Shown here: positions 25,401 to 36,177 of the stretch, piece by piece
How the letters are laid out: each line of letters starts with the position of its first letter
Numbering within the stretch: the first letter of the stretch is position 1
Source: Ascidiella aspersa
Taxonomy: Eukaryota
Reading direction: 5' to 3'
Length of the DNA stretch: 64,000 nt
NCBI GenBank assembly: GCA_963924565.1
Contig: OZ004609.1
Coordinates: 6,448,001 to 6,512,000, forward strand
The notes under the pieces: model-generated
Told to the model about the DNA's origin: nothing
The model's database searches: none
The model's input: only the letters and a program-made list of their open reading frames with translations
Made by a program: the position numbers and the translations under genes

Positions 25401-28400
25401 CGACCCCCCAGTTAACCCCTTGTGAGGTTGGGAACCACTGTAATAGATAATATGCGCAAATCCCCGACCCCACCATGCCACTGTGCAGTGTGTTACCATT
25501 ATCGTTGTATTTCTTTGTGAACATTTGCTTCAATGAACATGTATTTTGCTAAATATTCCACAAACACTCGAATTATGTGAAATGTTTTATGTTCTCAGTC
25601 TCTCAGATTGTTATGTAAATATGTGTTCTTGTATATTTGGACAATGGATATAGGCTACCAACTTTTTTACTGGTTAGTTTAGTTGACATAGCAGATAGCA
25701 ACAGTTCTGATACTGTTCTAACAGTTATTGTTGTGTTAAAGTGGACCTCAAGCCTTAAGACATAGGCCTAATATTAAGTGCATTGTTGTGGTTGTCCGTA
25801 GTGAAGTTATTTTGATGAATTGTTTATTGAATTGCATAATAGCCATTAATTATAATGTATGACCCTGTGGCCAGTTTTGAAAAGAGTTAGGCCGGATGAT
25901 TTGCATTTGGCAGTACGGAGGTCAATTTTGCCAGCTAGGGATTTTCAAAGTAAAATATGGGTATAAAAGAGAAAAACTCTTAGATATTTTAAATACTGCC
26001 AGTTATTCATGTTTTTGGAGAGTCAAATTTTTTTTAAATCGTTTTATTGCAGAAGTTGTTTGTAATTTGAATATAACAAGAAAGTGTCAAGTTTTGATGC
26101 GTCTATCTCTGTGGTATTATTTTCCCTAACATCCCCCAAGATGAACTTTCCTTGATATTACCTATCAGTTGGTAGTATGTAGAAGTGTCTTCCAAGTTTG
26201 TTGAAAAAGAAAAAGATTATTTAAACAAGGTGTATTGCAATAGACTTGTTTATTTCATTTAGGTGTAGGCTACTGGTAAGTAGGTGCCGGCTCCCGCTGC
26301 ATAAGTCTTTTAAGCGTTCCTTTTCAGTACAGACTCCAAAAAGCAGACCACTGAAATACCTGTCCTTAACTTCTTTAACTCTAGACCAAGTCACTTCACT
26401 CAGTTGATGTTGCTCGCAAAGTCGCAATGTTCGGTGCTGATCACACCTTAGTGAACACCGGTTAAATGTAGAGTGGTGTCAAATTAATGCTTGATAAAGG
26501 CACCAATAGGTAAATGTGGCCTCAAACTTGGTAATGTAAAGTATAGATGGATAGAGCTTTAATTGCTGGTTAATGTTTGTAATTTTCATCGTAGCTTTGT
26601 TTCTTTATTTTGTGTTGTTCCTTCAAGGTGTGTCTTTGTAGACTTTTGTTTGGTTATGTGAGGCTTAAAGTTCAGTTTGTTTGATATTATCTTCTTTTCA
26701 ACTGTTTGGTTTATTTTAAATTTCCCAACTTTAGACAAGTCATTTTTAATTCTCAGATGCAGAGTTGCGAGCAAACCAGATAACCGTGGCCAACATTAAA
26801 GTCAAATCTCAAGAAACCATCTTGGTTGAACTCCTGGTAGTTAACAGGAAGAATGTTGAAGTAGAAGGTTTTCACGAAATATTGTTCTTAAGCGGCAATG
26901 AGAACAATGTTACTTGGCTTAAGGTGGATGAATTCTGTCTGGCTGCAAAAGAAAATGCAATTAAAGAAGCAGAATCTAAGTTCAGCGACCAGGCAACGAA
27001 AACTAATTACATTGCAAAATATGGCAACTTTATAGTTATTACTGGAGGAGCTGGCTATGGCAAAACCACTTTGGGGATACAAATTCTGCAATATGTGTGT
27101 GATACTGAACCTGAATGTGGCTACATTTTCTATGTAAACCTGCCATCGTTAGACAACAGCAAAGAAATGAGTGTTTTTGAGTTCCTGATAAAGCTATTCA
27201 ACTCAAACTGGCAATATCATTTGGAAACAGATAATAAAATTCTGGAAAGAATCTCCAAATCCAATAATGTGTGGATTATCATGGATTCAATGGATGAAAC
27301 CGGTTTCAATCTATCAATGAAAGCACCCGTCATTGGTTTGTATGATAGAGCAAAACCAGAAGTCATTCTCCAAAACCTTTTGCGATCTGACATTCTTCGC
27401 AATGCTTTCAAGTATCTTATAACACGACCAGAAGCATATCTACAGTTGGACCCGGATTGCAAGTCACACTTTCCACTTGAGGTACTTGGTCTGGGCAAAA
27501 ATTCACAGGATTTACTTTTTAAGGAAATTTGCCAAAGTCAAGAGAAATATGAAAAGGTGAAAGAGGTTCTCAACCAAAATCCAGCAGCCAATGTCTTAAA
27601 CTTCATCCCATTATTTGCCAAAGCAATTCCAAAATACATTCTGAAGTATGGATTGGATGGTGGTGCATTTACTACTACTGATGTGTTCACATCTTATCTG
27701 AACGACTATATTCGCTCAGCTCACTTCAAGAATCACCCAAGTGTTCTTCACAAGCTCTCTGAATTAGCTTTGTTTGGAATGCTCCAAGAGAAAGTCGTCT
27801 TTAAAGCACACGATTTGGCCAAAGTTGGACTTGAAACAAACGGTTTGGAAGATTTTCTCAAATTTCAAGTTCAGTCTAATGATATCGGCCTTAAAATTCT
27901 GGAAGGAGACAATTTAATTTTGTTCAATCACAAGCTCCTGCAAGAGTTCTTCTCAGCTCTCAAGATTATGCTTGACACCCCCATTGAACGGTTTACAAAG
28001 CTACTGGAAAACTTAAAAAGTGTCAAGTGGGAAATGGTTCTTCAATTTATCTTCGGTCTGCTCAATCCGAAACTCCAAAGAAAGCTAAATGCACTGTTTC
28101 CAATCTCCTCAGCTGATGTTTCTGCCAAGAGAGGTTTGCTTAAGAATCTGCTTGTTAACATGGCTAAAGATTTCGCCCAAACATCTGAGAATGATTTCCC
28201 AGTTTCACTCCCTTTGTTATTTGAGCTAAATTTTGAGACTCATGCAAAATGGCAAGAGTTCCAAGGTCGTCCAGATGACAAGAGGTTGTTCAAGCTGTGC
28301 AGTCTCGCCTACGAATCTATGCTTGATGGCATCACAAGATCGGTTGTGGAAGTTTTTCCGGACATGGTTTTGCTTTCGCTCACGATTCTTCCCAGCCACA

Positions 28401-31400
28401 TGGCGAGTCTCTGTCATGTGCTTCGCGCCTCCGACAAACCAATCACTATCAACGTTGGAGCTTTCGGGGAACTAGCCAAGTTCATTGGTGATGGATTAAA
28501 ATTGCTGATTGAGACCGTTGCTGAAACACCACACACGGTTAGTTATTTAATAAATATATAAAGTATAAAATAATACTAATGTAGTTATTGCTTTTTTGAT
28601 GTATTTTGCTTTTCAGTGCTAAATAAGGCAACTAATTTTAGTCATAATTTCCCTGTATTCAAGTTTGCCCTGGCTTGATGCAGTTACTGAAAGTGCTTTT
28701 TTGTAAGTACTTTTTTGCTTTATGCTTCCAACCTTCGCATGTTATCCAATTCAGCTATTGTACCAATACAAATAATAATTAATCAATACACAGGCGCATA
28801 ACTTTTGACATTCCTTGGCATTTTTTTAACTAATTGCAGAATTAGGGTTAGTGACTTTAACACCAAGAATGTTGATATTTTACGATGGTATATAAATTAT
28901 GAGGTTTTAAAAGAAAAGTTTTAAATACAAAGTTTTTTTCTAATTACATATTTGGTAGTCAGTTATTGTTTTCCAATTCGTTACCAGAGGGGGGTTAACT
29001 CCAAATGGTGAATTCATATCAGTTTAGTTTGTGGTTTGTATATATTTACAACTAGCAAGCAACTTTTAAACATTTCCAGGCGGTACATCCCCTATTTAAT
29101 GAGGTATTATAGCTCTGTGTTACATTACTTGGGGACAAACAATTAATTCAGGTTGTTGAATATCTAGTTGGGTTTAGCGCGCTGTTTTTCACACATCGCT
29201 ATATTTTAGATACGCAAGTTCTACGTAGATGAGACCGCCATCAGCATTGCAACTCTTGCGCCACTGATTCCACACATGGAAGAATTGACGATCTGGCATG
29301 GCAACCTTTCTGTCGACGACATCAAACTTATCTGCGAAAGTCTGCAAAGGAAAACACAACCGGTAATAAATTAACGGCAATCATATTAAGTTTATAACAA
29401 ATTACATTATAAAGTTCAGTATATTATGACAGTGCAGAAAATTTCCTCCCTAAAGTAAAATAAAAAAATATATAGATGCTTTTCTATACAAAAGCACAGA
29501 AGTTTTACGATTGAAGTCATTTACTCTGTGTTATATTAGATTACATGCAGGTTGTCAATGTTGATGTGTGACACCTGAATTGTTTACATAAAACCTGTAA
29601 TTCCATTAAAGTCACTTGCATAATATGGCATAAGATATAGTCAAACCAGGCAAGGAACTGGTACAACTTCATCTACTTTGTTGCATTTAGTTAAAGTTTC
29701 TTAACCTGAGCTACAACAATCTCGATGAAGCTGGGGTGAAGCTGCTATCCGGGTGCATCCCCTACGTTGAGAGGCTAAGTATCAAGCAATGTGGACTCAC
29801 ATCGGACCATCTCCTGGTGTTGGTGAGCAGCATCGAACAACGACAACATCGTGTGAGTTTCTACAAGGTGTAGTAGTATTGTGTGATATTTTCGACACCC
29901 ATCCAATACAAGGCAATATGCAACTAACAAAAATTGGCTTTGTGGTTTAATCCAATGGTTTTAAACTGATCAAATTTGCGTAAAACTAAAATTGCATGTT
30001 TAGCTGCGAACACACAATAGACTTTTTTGCAAACCAGCACTATATGAACCCGAATTTTCTGTAAGCATCATTTTTTTGACCACAATACAGTAATAATATC
30101 TGTGACGGAACGAGACCTAAACATGTTTGAGAAGTCCTAAAATATTTGAAATAAGATCTAAATGCAAAAATAACACTTTAAACTGTAGGGATACGGCCTT
30201 CTATCTATTGATATGTTGCCTGGTGGAGCTAACTCTACTACTACTTGTATATATTTATTAATCATTTAACTCCTATTTTGTTTGGGGACAATGTTGATCA
30301 TAATATACACTACATGGCCTACAGTGATGGCAATTAATCACCAAACACTTTGCTAACATTTGTATATTCTAAATAAAAATAATCTCCTAAATGTTTAAAA
30401 CAAAAGCATGAAAACGTGATACATATACCAGTGTTTTGCCAAACTTTAATATTTAGCCCATTGAGTACAATGCAACACAATAAACTCCTTAAGAAATTCA
30501 ATCCCGTTTTATAAAGCATTTTTGTGTGTCAGTTCTCACTTAACTACAAACGTGATCTGTTATACAATCAAATAATGTGGTTCAAAAAATGCAAAGTTAT
30601 CATTGCCAGTAATGCATAACCCATACTCAAATAATTACACCGTGCATATAACCTCGACGAATATCTGCCTGAAGTTGACCTTAAGTAACCTCGTAGCGCA
30701 ATTTTGCCAACGCCAGCACATTTTAGATGGAATGTTACTTATCTCGCTTTAAGGAAAATGCAAACTCTGCACCAGGCATAACACGTTGCTCGCTCGCCCA
30801 ATAACGCTTGATTGGCACTTAATTATTAGGCTAAAGTTATCACGAGACGTGGAGTAATTGGTCGCCCGGAAACACGATGACGCTGCACTACCTAGAAACT
30901 TTTAAAGTAAGCAGATGTCTTTATCTCGACTTGCCACCCTCGTTTACACAATCAGGCGCAACCATCCGCAGTAAAACGAAGTATTCAGTATTGTTCTTTG
31001 AACATCCATAAATGAAACCCTACGATAAATGAATTTAAAAAACACTCCACGATTTGACGCAAAACTAGCAATTTAATGTGTATTTGAATGTGTCACTATT
31101 TGTTGGTCTTGCCATCATCAGTGTAAAATACAACTTGTATGTTTACACTAATGATGGCATTGGGTATTCTCGAAACGTTCGTTAACAGAATATGATGGAT
31201 TTAGTATTTTTATTGAAATTATTTTTGTGCTGCAAAGTTTGTTGGTCTTACTTAATAATAGTTTGAGTATTGAGTCCCCAGGAAGCCTTTTATAGCTGTC
31301 TGATGTTGTAGCTGTTATACACTTGGCATCAGTTTAGTGTTTTTGTTCTTGTGTGCTCCACTACGGGAGGTATATGTTAGTGTACGTCAGTGCTTCTCAA

Positions 31401-34400
31401 CCTATGGGTCGCCACCCAAAATTTTCGCTGTTCGATTTGGTTGGGACGCCGACCGCAGTAGATCATATGTTTATATACTAATTGAGATTGGTTCTGAGAA
31501 AGATTTCTTAATTAGGAAAATTAAGGAAGCAATACAAATAATGTCAAATTCGGAATTCTTTATGCTAATGCCTATTTTTTGTTCGCTTACAAGAAAAACA
31601 ATTGAGTCGCCAAAGCCTACTCGTCATACTTACGCTTAATGTTTGGGTCGCCGAGAAAAAAGGTTGAGAAGCACTAGTGTACGTAAAGGCTTATAATAGC
31701 AGTTACCTCACCTGCATACTATTACCTAACATACGGTAACGCCCAGGCAACCAACTAGTAGAACTTTGTATATTTTTTTTCATATAGATTGAGTTTCTTA
31801 ACTTGAGCTTCAACAATCTGGATGAAGGGCTGAATTTGCTACCCGAGTGCATTCCCTACATTGAGAGGCTCAGTATCATGCAATGTGGACTCACATCTGA
31901 CCAACTTATGGTGTTGGCGAGCAGCATCAAACAACGACAACATCCCGTAAGTTTTAACAAAGCAAAACGAGACTTAGAAACTCTTGATTGCCGAACCCGA
32001 CATTTCCATGCAATGATCGCCCTCAGTCAGACCAGGGACGAATAGAATGTGGTTCCAGATAATTAATTAACCCAATCCACAATTTACAGTTCCATACTTT
32101 TGGTGAAATATCATTGAACTTTGTGTCATTGTGTTTATTTTATACAAATCCACAATTTGTTTACAATAACTTATTTTCCACCCTTGTTAAAATGTGCCTG
32201 CCCATGTTTTGGGACGTTTGCCGCTTTTAACAACACAAACCATTTACAGAAATTTGATCAACATATTAAAAAGTAAAAGAATTCCAGACAGGAAATAATT
32301 TTGCCCCTTGTTTATTTCTGTTGTCTAAACCTCCTTGTATTTATGCAAATGGATTTGTTGCCCTTGTTTATTTCTGTTGCCTAAACATCCTTATGTTTAT
32401 GCAAATGGATTTGTAGCGAATGTAGGTATGCAGTTACGAGTAAGAAGGCGCTGGTTCTTAAGGAGAGGGCCGACAGCTGCCAAAGTCGCTTACACGTACT
32501 TTTATCTAACACCAAAGGAGCAGGCCACTAAAATAGCTGTCCTTAACTTCTTGAACTCTCGACAAAGTCACTTCACTAAGTGAATATTGCTCGTTGAGTT
32601 TCACAAATCTCAAAAACACACGGTATAACGAAGCGTTGATTCAGGCCGCACATAAGTAAGACGTATTTAAAAAGAATGAATGCGAAACGCTAAAAGCACC
32701 CAGTTCGGCGCTTGGTCTCGCGTCAGTGAATAACGGTCACGTGTATAGTGACGTCAAATTAGACAAAATCGAGTAATTTTGCATGTTAAATACTTCAGTT
32801 GCCCTTGTTTATTTCGGTTATCTAAACCTCCTTGTGTTTATGCCAATGGTTTGTTGCCCCTGGTTTATTTCTGTAGTCTCAACCCCCTTGTGTTTATACA
32901 GATGGATTGGTTGAACCTGAGTGGAAACAAGATCGGGTCACGTGGTGCTGGTTGCCTGGCAACTAGTGCGCACAAATTGAACAAGCTGTCGATGGAAGAT
33001 TGTGGAATCGATGAAGTTGAAGAACTGACTGAAGCAATCGCACGCAGGGAGCATCCAGTAAGTTGCCTTATCTAAACTCGATCGTGGCTTCCAGGGCGCT
33101 ACCACAAGGATTTATATATATCTTTAGATTTACCAAATTTCATTAGAAAAAGAGTGGCTTATATAAATGATAAATAACGAATTCGCGGTTTTCTCAACCT
33201 CATTTTGCCGCACTGAAGATGGCATAAGTACTTGCCGACACGTATGCAAATAAAAGAATGAATATTTTATCATTTATTTCCGCTACTCTTTTTGTACAGA
33301 ATATGAACAGATCCGTGTTTAGTGTTCCCAAATTTCATTATTGTGTCAAAATATGACGCAAGAAATTCCCGCAAATTGTGGCTAATCATCAAGGGTGGAT
33401 AAAAGAGTGATCGCCACCAAAGCTAATTTAATTTTTTTTTATTTATTTCGAATCATTCCCTGAGTAACCATAATGTTGAACTCAAAACTACAAAATTTAG
33501 AAGAAATTATTAAAAAAAAATATTTTGGTTCGTATTGAGGTCAAATAAATGTCTTTTCAGCAGCGTCGTTGAAGTGTCTGACCTGAATTAGTTTCTATTT
33601 TAATCGCAGCCTCGGATTGCATAAGAGAGTAAATGTATGAAGAGAAATTATTGGAATTATGAAGAGTCTGTCGTTAGTTTTTCATTGCGATAAATATTTC
33701 GTTTCAGTTCGGTTTGGTTATATATTCTTCGTCATACAGCGGTGAACACAATTAGTGGCGAAATACACCTGGCATATTGTCACCCCTTTTCGTTTTTTAA
33801 TGTGCAGGAATTGTAGACCGTCGTAGAATTATTCCCAGTATTAAAGTCTAATCTAAACACTAAATCGAATCGGAGCCCATACTTGGGTGATATCATGGGC
33901 GCCTTTCCTATCAATACCAATTTAATATGGGAAATTCAGCCATGATTTGCGGTCTCCGCAATTATTCTACCTTCAAAGGTGAAATTATCAACAAAACATT
34001 GGTAGGTTAACAAGGGATGTTTAAAGTAGTATATCGGATTATTAGATTGGAATCCATTTCATATCGGGTAACTGGAACCAAGATAGTTTACTGTTTTACC
34101 GTGTAAGGATGTGCCTAATTGTACATACGCGTGGCAATTTTGGATAATGACCTGTAGCTGTGGCAACACTTTTATCGTGCTTGCTTTAAATCAAGCCATG
34201 TCGTGCTTGCTCTAAATATAGCCAGTCAGCGTTTTTTCATGTAGTCAGCGTTTTCCCCCCACGGCTTCAGCGTTTACCGCCGCCTAATAGCAACTAAAAG
34301 TGTCAAACTAGCGATATTGGGTGAGCGACTAAAGTGTAATGCCAATGCAGGGAATTCGCAATTTCCTTAAATGCGAGAGTGGCAAAAGTAACATTTCATC

Positions 34401-36154
34401 GTATAACGTGCTGACCTATAGGCAATAAAGAATAGTAAACGCATTACTGGCAGTAGTAACTTTGTATTCTTTGCAGCAAATTATTTGGCAGGCGTAATAA
34501 CCGAATACGTTTGTAGTAAACTAAAACACAACAACATCTTATAAAACGAACTGAATTGTAAAGAGTTAAAAGGAGAAGGTAACTAATAAATAGTTTAAAA
34601 TATACTAGGATTCAATATTCTGGATCCGTTATTCTAGATACGAAACCTAATTTTTGTAGAATACCTTGGGATTACTTTAAATCCCTATTAACAAATGATG
34701 GTAGCCAAACTTCTCGGGCTTTAAGCAACTTTTAACCTGGAAAAATCATTTTTTAACGTTTATTTTCATCTTGTTTGACCATAGCAATGACGTCATTTGG
34801 TATATACTATTGGTATCGGAATAAAATGTTATGTATCTAGATCTTAAGACTGTTTATTTATTAAAACAGATAAAACATAAAATCATTTCTTAAAATCGAA
34901 TGATTCATTCGAATTAAGAAACTGATGATGCCTTATAGGCGTAATATCTGTTTTAATAAATAAACAGTCTTAAGATCTTTGGAAACAAAGACAAGAATCT
35001 TTCTTTTACATTTTATTGTCCGCGGGAGATCCTTACTTTCTAAAGTGTTTCAGCGTTATGTATCTAGATTTGAAATATACTATTATATGAGCCTCCATTT
35101 GTTATGAACATTCACGAGTGTAAGTTTGTTGTTTACCTCCACTTGTAATTTTTGGCAGATGGAGGTTCTCAATATCCGAAACAATCCACTTGGCGACCGC
35201 GGGGCCAGTGCGTTGGCAAGATGTCGTGGTAAGATTGATAGGTTGTTCAGTGACGATTGCGACTTTACATCAGCTGGAAAGCAAGAGTTGGAATCGGCCC
35301 AACGACGCCACCAAGTGAGAACTTGTTTCAACTATTCGCTGTTCAACCGAGCCGTTAGAAATTAGTGCAGATCTAAGCAAAACGGTCTACGACAATTAGG
35401 GCATTTAAGGGCAAAAAAGACTTTGAGGTCGTGGTAATTCACTAATTTGTAGACCTTTGTGAGGTCGTGGTAATGCACTAATTGGACCTTTAGGTAAACT
35501 CCCGGCAGAGATAAAATGAAAATATTGGCTGAAAACTCACAAAAAATAAGAATAAAACTGTGAGAAAGAATTAAAAATACTTTACACACGCTAACCTGAA
35601 CCCTAATCCATATAATGTGCGTTGATTAAATAATTATTTGAACGCTGGGAAAAATCCCAAACTCGGGTGGGCATCAGATAATTTCTCGTCCATTGTATAG
35701 GATTGTTATGTCACACATTGTTGTATTGGGGCCTAAAGCGTTTATTCTTATTAAATCAATTCAAAGTCTAAAAGTCAGACTTTTCCCTCATTTGAATGCC
35801 GTAATTGTCGTAGACTTTTTTGCCTAAAACAGCACTATTTTCTGACGGTTCTAGTGCGCTGTTTGATAAATTTGCATATTGCTGATAGTTGAACAACTGA
35901 CTGATGGTTGCTTTACGAGTAGAAACAACAGAATCGTGATTGTTCTTCGATAATTTTATTATATCCTGGTGTTAAAATAAAGCAACACAGCACGAGGAAA
36001 CTTTTGCCAATCAGCTATCGATACAGGATCTTGATAACCGTATTTAAAGGATTGAGACCACATTTTCAACGTGTCTGTCTTGTTTTTAACATCCTTTTCC
36101 CCCTAGGAAAGTCAACCAATCAAAAGAGGTTCGAAACAATGTCACGTGATGTGA
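19484..36154 (+). CDS. NLR (NACHT-LRR) immune receptor, ~952 aa, with RHIM-like N-terminus and CaaX C-terminus
   Basis: Phase-compatible exons: 19484-19546, 20005-20143, 21119-21160, 26757-28537 (NACHT: Walker A GGAGYGKTT, Walker B VWIIMDSMDE, sensor-1 LITRP, IPL, winged-helix FNHKLLQEFFSA), LRR exons 29210-29362, 29691-29852, 31788-31946, 32902-33057, 35159-35314 (LxxLNLSxNxL-type), and terminal exon 36107-36154 followed by AATAAA at 36172. The NACHT-LRR core is secure; the first three exons and the last exon are less certain. Confidence 0.88.
20337..20752. mobile_element. hAT-type MITE (GGAGTCGGACTCG-rich family), copy 2, in NLR intron 2
   Basis: TIR CAGGGCTGCGGAGTCGG-like / CCGACTCCACAGCCCTG; perfect TSD GTGGAAAC (20329-20336, 20753-20760). 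Confidence 0.9.
21721..24352 (+). mobile_element. Non-autonomous PIF/Harbinger-class DNA transposon with decayed Myb/SANT-like ORF, in NLR intron 3
   Basis: TIR TAGCCTTTCCACATGGCC / GGCCATGTGGAAAGGCTA; 3-bp TSD ATT; subterminal AAAGGTGGC repeats at both ends. Disrupted reading frame from ATG 22640 (MNSRAKWSEQATCNLII…FDAITKDI…NKWK) resembles Myb/SANT. Confidence 0.75.
22032..22226. mobile_element. Palindromic MITE with GG…CC ends (Merlin/Mutator-like), nested in the Harbinger-class element
   Basis: TIR GGCGCT(C/G)GTCTAGAATCCTACCACA; 8-bp TSD AAAATTTA. Further copies at 24432-24592, 25212-25359 (TSD CTTATTTC) and ~54975-55123. Confidence 0.8.
31388..31676. mobile_element. hAT-type MITE in NLR intron
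   Basis: TIR CAGTGCTTCTCAACCT / AGGTTGAGAAGCACTA; perfect TSD GTGTACGT. Explains the spurious ORF 31337-31639. Confidence 0.88.
32301..32910 (+). repeat. Four ~56-bp copies of an LRR exon acceptor region, split by an interspersed repeat
   Basis: Units start at 32301, 32358, 32799 and 32854. The insert at ~32415-32790 shares sequence with ~26270-26410. Confidence 0.8.
33210..33247 (+). ncRNA. Degenerate minimal type I hammerhead motif (Penelope-like element terminus)
   Basis: GCA-CTGAAGA-T-GGCA(loop)TGCC-GACA-C-GTA-TGC, followed by AATAAA. One core mismatch (GAAA>GACA). Confidence 0.5.
34839..34978. repeat. Perfect 34-bp inverted repeat around a hammerhead-like remnant
   Basis: 34839-34872 is the reverse complement of 34945-34978. 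Confidence 0.85.
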
Positions 36155-36171
36155 AGCAATGAGGCGTGACC

Positions 36172-36177
36172 AATAAA
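36172..36177 (+). promoter_or_regulatory. Candidate polyadenylation signal of the NLR CaaX exon
   Basis: AATAAA 17 nt after the TGA at 36152-36154. Confidence 0.5.
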
